From Planctomicrobium piriforme (GTDB taxonomy: Bacteria; Planctomycetota; Planctomycetia; Pirellulales; UBA1268), in NCBI GenBank assembly GCA_945871035.1, contig CAMBUD010000003.1, positions 25,238-89,237 of the forward strand: 64,000 bases of DNA. The letters are read 5' to 3'. Shown piece by piece: positions 61,671 through 64,000 of this stretch. The notes beneath the pieces are model-generated. The model was not told where the DNA came from. It did not search any database and worked only from the letters and a program-made list of their open reading frames with translations. The position numbers and the translations under genes are program-made. The first letter of the stretch is position 1; the number at the start of each line of letters is the position of its first letter.

Positions 61671-63533
61671 TTAATATTTCACTTCGATGCCGAAGTCGAT
61701 GCCGTTGGTAAAGATGTACTCGTTACCGCCTTCCACAGGGGCAATGCTGTTGTAGACAGGGTTTGGTCGTTCCGTAGCAGGCCGACCGTCTGCTATCCAC
61801 TTGGCCACTGGAACAGTCCTTTTCACTTCCCATGGATTAAGGTTAGCGGTCGGGGGATTCGTAGCCGGGACTGGTGGTTGGTAGGCGTATTCTGTCGCTC
61901 TTTCCTTCGATCTGTATCCAGTGTTAGAAGATGCTCGGGTGATGCCGGCCATCCACATACCCGTGTAGCCAAGGTTCAGGCTGATGGCCTGGCTGACCCG
62001 AAACTGAGTGCTAAATCGCCATTCACCGATCGGCGAGAAGACAAACTCGTGTTCGGCAGAGTTAGTTGTATTGCTCTGGCCGACGCCGTACAGCTGGAGA
62101 AAGAGCGGCGGGCCACTCACTGTAACAGGAGTGTCGTTAAAGCCTTGATTGGAACTCGTGTTAGCCGTTTGAAACGTCGAACGGATGTAGTCGGCCCCCA
62201 GACTCTCGGGAAAATTCGCGCCCCTGAAGAGGCTGTTTTGCCAGTTGAATGCCGGCGTGAATTTGAGTTGGCTTGTGAACGTCCAGCGGCCTTTTTGCGA
62301 CTCCATTAAGATCGCAAACTCTGGCCCCACCATGTTGTTGGTGGTGTAGCTTTCCCAAGCACCGGTCTGCAGGGGGCTCCCGCGTCCTTTTCCTGTCAGC
62401 GTGTCGACACCCGAAATGGCAAAGAAATCTCCCGCCGAGGAGGATGTCTCTGCCAAGGCGGTATCTCCATTGATTGTGCCTGTCACGCCGCCGGTTGTGC
62501 CGCCAGTTGCGCCTGCTGTCGCGCCACCGGTTGTCGCGCCGCCGGTTGCGCCTGCGGTTGCGGTTCCGGTCGTAAATCCACCCGTCGTGCCACCCGTCGT
62601 GCCACCGGCTGTCGTGCCACCGGTTGTCGTGCCACCGGCTGTCGTGCCACCGGCAGTCGTGCCACCGCCGTAGCCAGCGGTATTAAACGCATACTGGTTG
62701 CTTTCATAGGCGATGTTGTAGCGATCCTCAAACTGCACGAATCGCGGGCCGAGCGAAAACTTTACGTTCGAACGGCTCCCCCGGCCGCCAATTTCGCGGC
62801 GGATGAGCGAGGTCACAGCCGCACTTTGAATCCGCGTGGTGTTCATCTGCACCATTTTTTGTGCAATCAGATGATCTGGCGGTGGGCTGGTGGAAATGAT
62901 GGTCGTACTGTTGAGGGCATTTCCTCCACCGACAAGCCCCCCTCCCTCTGGTGTTTGGCCGCTTTGGGTGAATGTCTGAGTGGGAGAAGAGGCCGCAAAC
63001 TCATTGATTGTTTGGAAGCTCTGCGGCTGCTCGCCAGTATCAAAGTAACTCAATAAGATGCCACGATTGTCGTAAATCCATCCCCCTTCGTACCGATTGC
63101 CCCATGTCATATCCGTGCGCAGCCAACTGGTATTCAGATCCAGACTCAGCACGTCGGTGCCAAATATAAACAGTCCGCTAGCGGGTTGCCCGGCGGCAAT
63201 CATGTCGTTGTTGAGTTGCACGATAGTCTGGGGTGAAATGGGCTGAACCGGAATCAGATAACCGCCAAGGCGTGTTTCTGCCGTGCCCACGGTTTTGGGA
63301 ACCGAGATGCCCCAGTACAGCCGGTCGTAGTTAAAAAAGAATCCCTCGCTCGGCTCTGGATAGATTTCGTAGTCCTGCATATCTGGCGGCGCAAAGAGCT
63401 GAAAGTCGTAGAAGTCCTGATCCGGAAGCATCGGCAGCCAATCGGCGGCACGCGTTGCCAAAGACGTCGCCAAGACGCCTGTGGCAAGGAGGATCAATTT
63501 CAAAAAACGCTGCAAACTCTGATTCGTAGCCAT
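61671..63533 (-). CDS. secreted beta-barrel outer-membrane protein, BBP7-like, with an internal Gly/Thr-rich insert
   Basis: Signal peptide (LKLILLATGVLATSLATRAADW), alternating beta-strand-like segments, and a C-terminal GIDFGIEVKY ending in an aromatic residue. About 65 aa are made almost entirely of G, T and A. Confidence 0.6.
   Translation of the reverse strand: MATNQSLQRFLKLILLATGVLATSLATRAADWLPMLPDQDFYDFQLFAPPDMQDYEIYPEPSEGFFFNYDRLYWGISVPKTVGTAETRLGGYLIPVQPISPQTIVQLNNDMIAAGQPASGLFIFGTDVLSLDLNTSWLRTDMTWGNRYEGGWIYDNRGILLSYFDTGEQPQSFQTINEFAASSPTQTFTQSGQTPEGGGLVGGGNALNSTTIISTSPPPDHLIAQKMVQMNTTRIQSAAVTSLIRREIGGRGSRSNVKFSLGPRFVQFEDRYNIAYESNQYAFNTAGYGGGTTAGGTTAGGTTTGGTTAGGTTGGTTGGFTTGTATAGATGGATTGGATAGATGGTTGGVTGTINGDTALAETSSSAGDFFAISGVDTLTGKGRGSPLQTGAWESYTTNNMVGPEFAILMESQKGRWTFTSQLKFTPAFNWQNSLFRGANFPESLGADYIRSTFQTANTSSNQGFNDTPVTVSGPPLFLQLYGVGQSNTTNSAEHEFVFSPIGEWRFSTQFRVSQAISLNLGYTGMWMAGITRASSNTGYRSKERATEYAYQPPVPATNPPTANLNPWEVKRTVPVAKWIADGRPATERPNPVYNSIAPVEGGNEYIFTNGIDFGIEVKY
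62584..62670. repeat. near-perfect tandem 15-bp coding repeat inside the barrel-protein gene
   Basis: gtcgtgccaccc (12 nt), then gtcgtgccaccggct, gtcgtgccaccggtt, gtcgtgccaccggct, gtcgtgccaccggca, gtcgtgccaccgccg. On the minus strand these encode the GGTTA/GGTT units. Confidence 0.9.
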
Positions 63534-63778
63534 CGCTATAGTCCTGGGGAGCAGGAGCCTGTTTTCCGCGCTTGCGGAATGCTCCTCTTGTATCGGTCGT
63601 GACGGTCGGCGGAGTTGACGAATCTTGGTAGACCCTGTCGGATCGGAGGAGTTTCACGTGCTTGCCTGCCGTAGAAGCCTTGTCAGAACCGCCAACGCTG
63701 GCAGGTGGGGCTGATCTGGCTATCCTGAGAGAGGCGTGACGGGCCAAGAAGCCGATTCTTTTCAAAAGGTTTTGCACA

Positions 63779-64000
63779 TGGGCTGGCTGCAATCAAAATG
63801 TCTTTCCCTTGCCACCGCCACGCTGCTTGCCGGGCTTAACGGCCGCTTGGTGGAAGCAGCCGAGCCCCGTCCTATTTTCTCTAGGCCGCTGCAACCGGTA
63901 GCCCCCGCCCAACCGGTGGTCGCAGAAAAAGAGCCGGTAAAGCAGGCCGAAAAGCAGGTTGAATTTCTGCGGCTCAAACGAGGTGCCGACAACAGTCCCC
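63779..64000 (+). CDS. 5' end of a hypothetical secreted protein (runs off the window)
   Basis: An open frame from ATG 63779 to the window edge gives MGWLQSKCLSLATATLLAGLNGRLVEAAEP, which is signal-peptide-like. It is not in the ORF track because it has no stop. Confidence 0.4.

Noticed and set aside
62401-62673. A 90-aa plus-strand ORF rich in Pro/Val (PVVPPVAPAVAPPVV).
   Set aside because: It is the antisense reading of the Gly/Thr repeat inside the barrel-protein gene. Its periodicity is explained by the 15-bp DNA repeat.

Overview
This is a dense window of about 50 CDS on both strands, at roughly 58-60% GC, and it reads as core chromosome of a Planctomycetota-type bacterium. The taxon call is an inference from four things: a DUF1559 protein with a prepilin-type N-terminus, a DUF1080 protein, a BBP7-like beta-barrel protein, and a Rieske plus cytochrome b fused to a di-haem cytochrome c.

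Most genes are housekeeping:
- ispF, cysS, thiC, mgtE, a DAHP synthase, gdhA, nrnA, ribF, ppx
- accB/accC and a PPi-type phosphofructokinase
- hisD, hisC and hisB
- glyQS
- a late futalosine/menaquinone cluster (menG, UbiX-like, UbiA-like, radical-SAM Mqn enzyme)
- recG, rnhA, priA, nadD, eno, ribE and rsmA

I recognised no rRNA, tRNA, CRISPR array, transposase or integrase.

Genes are tightly packed. Four same-strand neighbours overlap as ATGA or GTGA start/stop junctions, at 8433, 12875, 15548 and 36869. One convergent pair has no spacer at all, at 7419/7420.

The most interesting loci, in order:
1. A 1156-aa fused fatty-acyl-AMP ligase / carrier protein / alpha-oxoamine synthase with a downstream hotdog thioesterase (57611-61639). 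A five-copy 15-bp tandem repeat lies upstream, and a beta-barrel protein carrying a Gly/Thr-rich repeat insert lies downstream.
2. A catalytically dead Ser/Thr-kinase-like membrane protein that is translationally coupled to DAHP synthase.
3. An orphan histidine kinase followed by a ChlI-like AAA+ ATPase and a VWA protein.
4. A DUF1559 pseudopilin-like three-gene unit.
5. gdhA coupled to a stand-alone cyclic-nucleotide-binding protein.

All family assignments come from motifs I read in the translations. No database search was possible, and start codons are best guesses.
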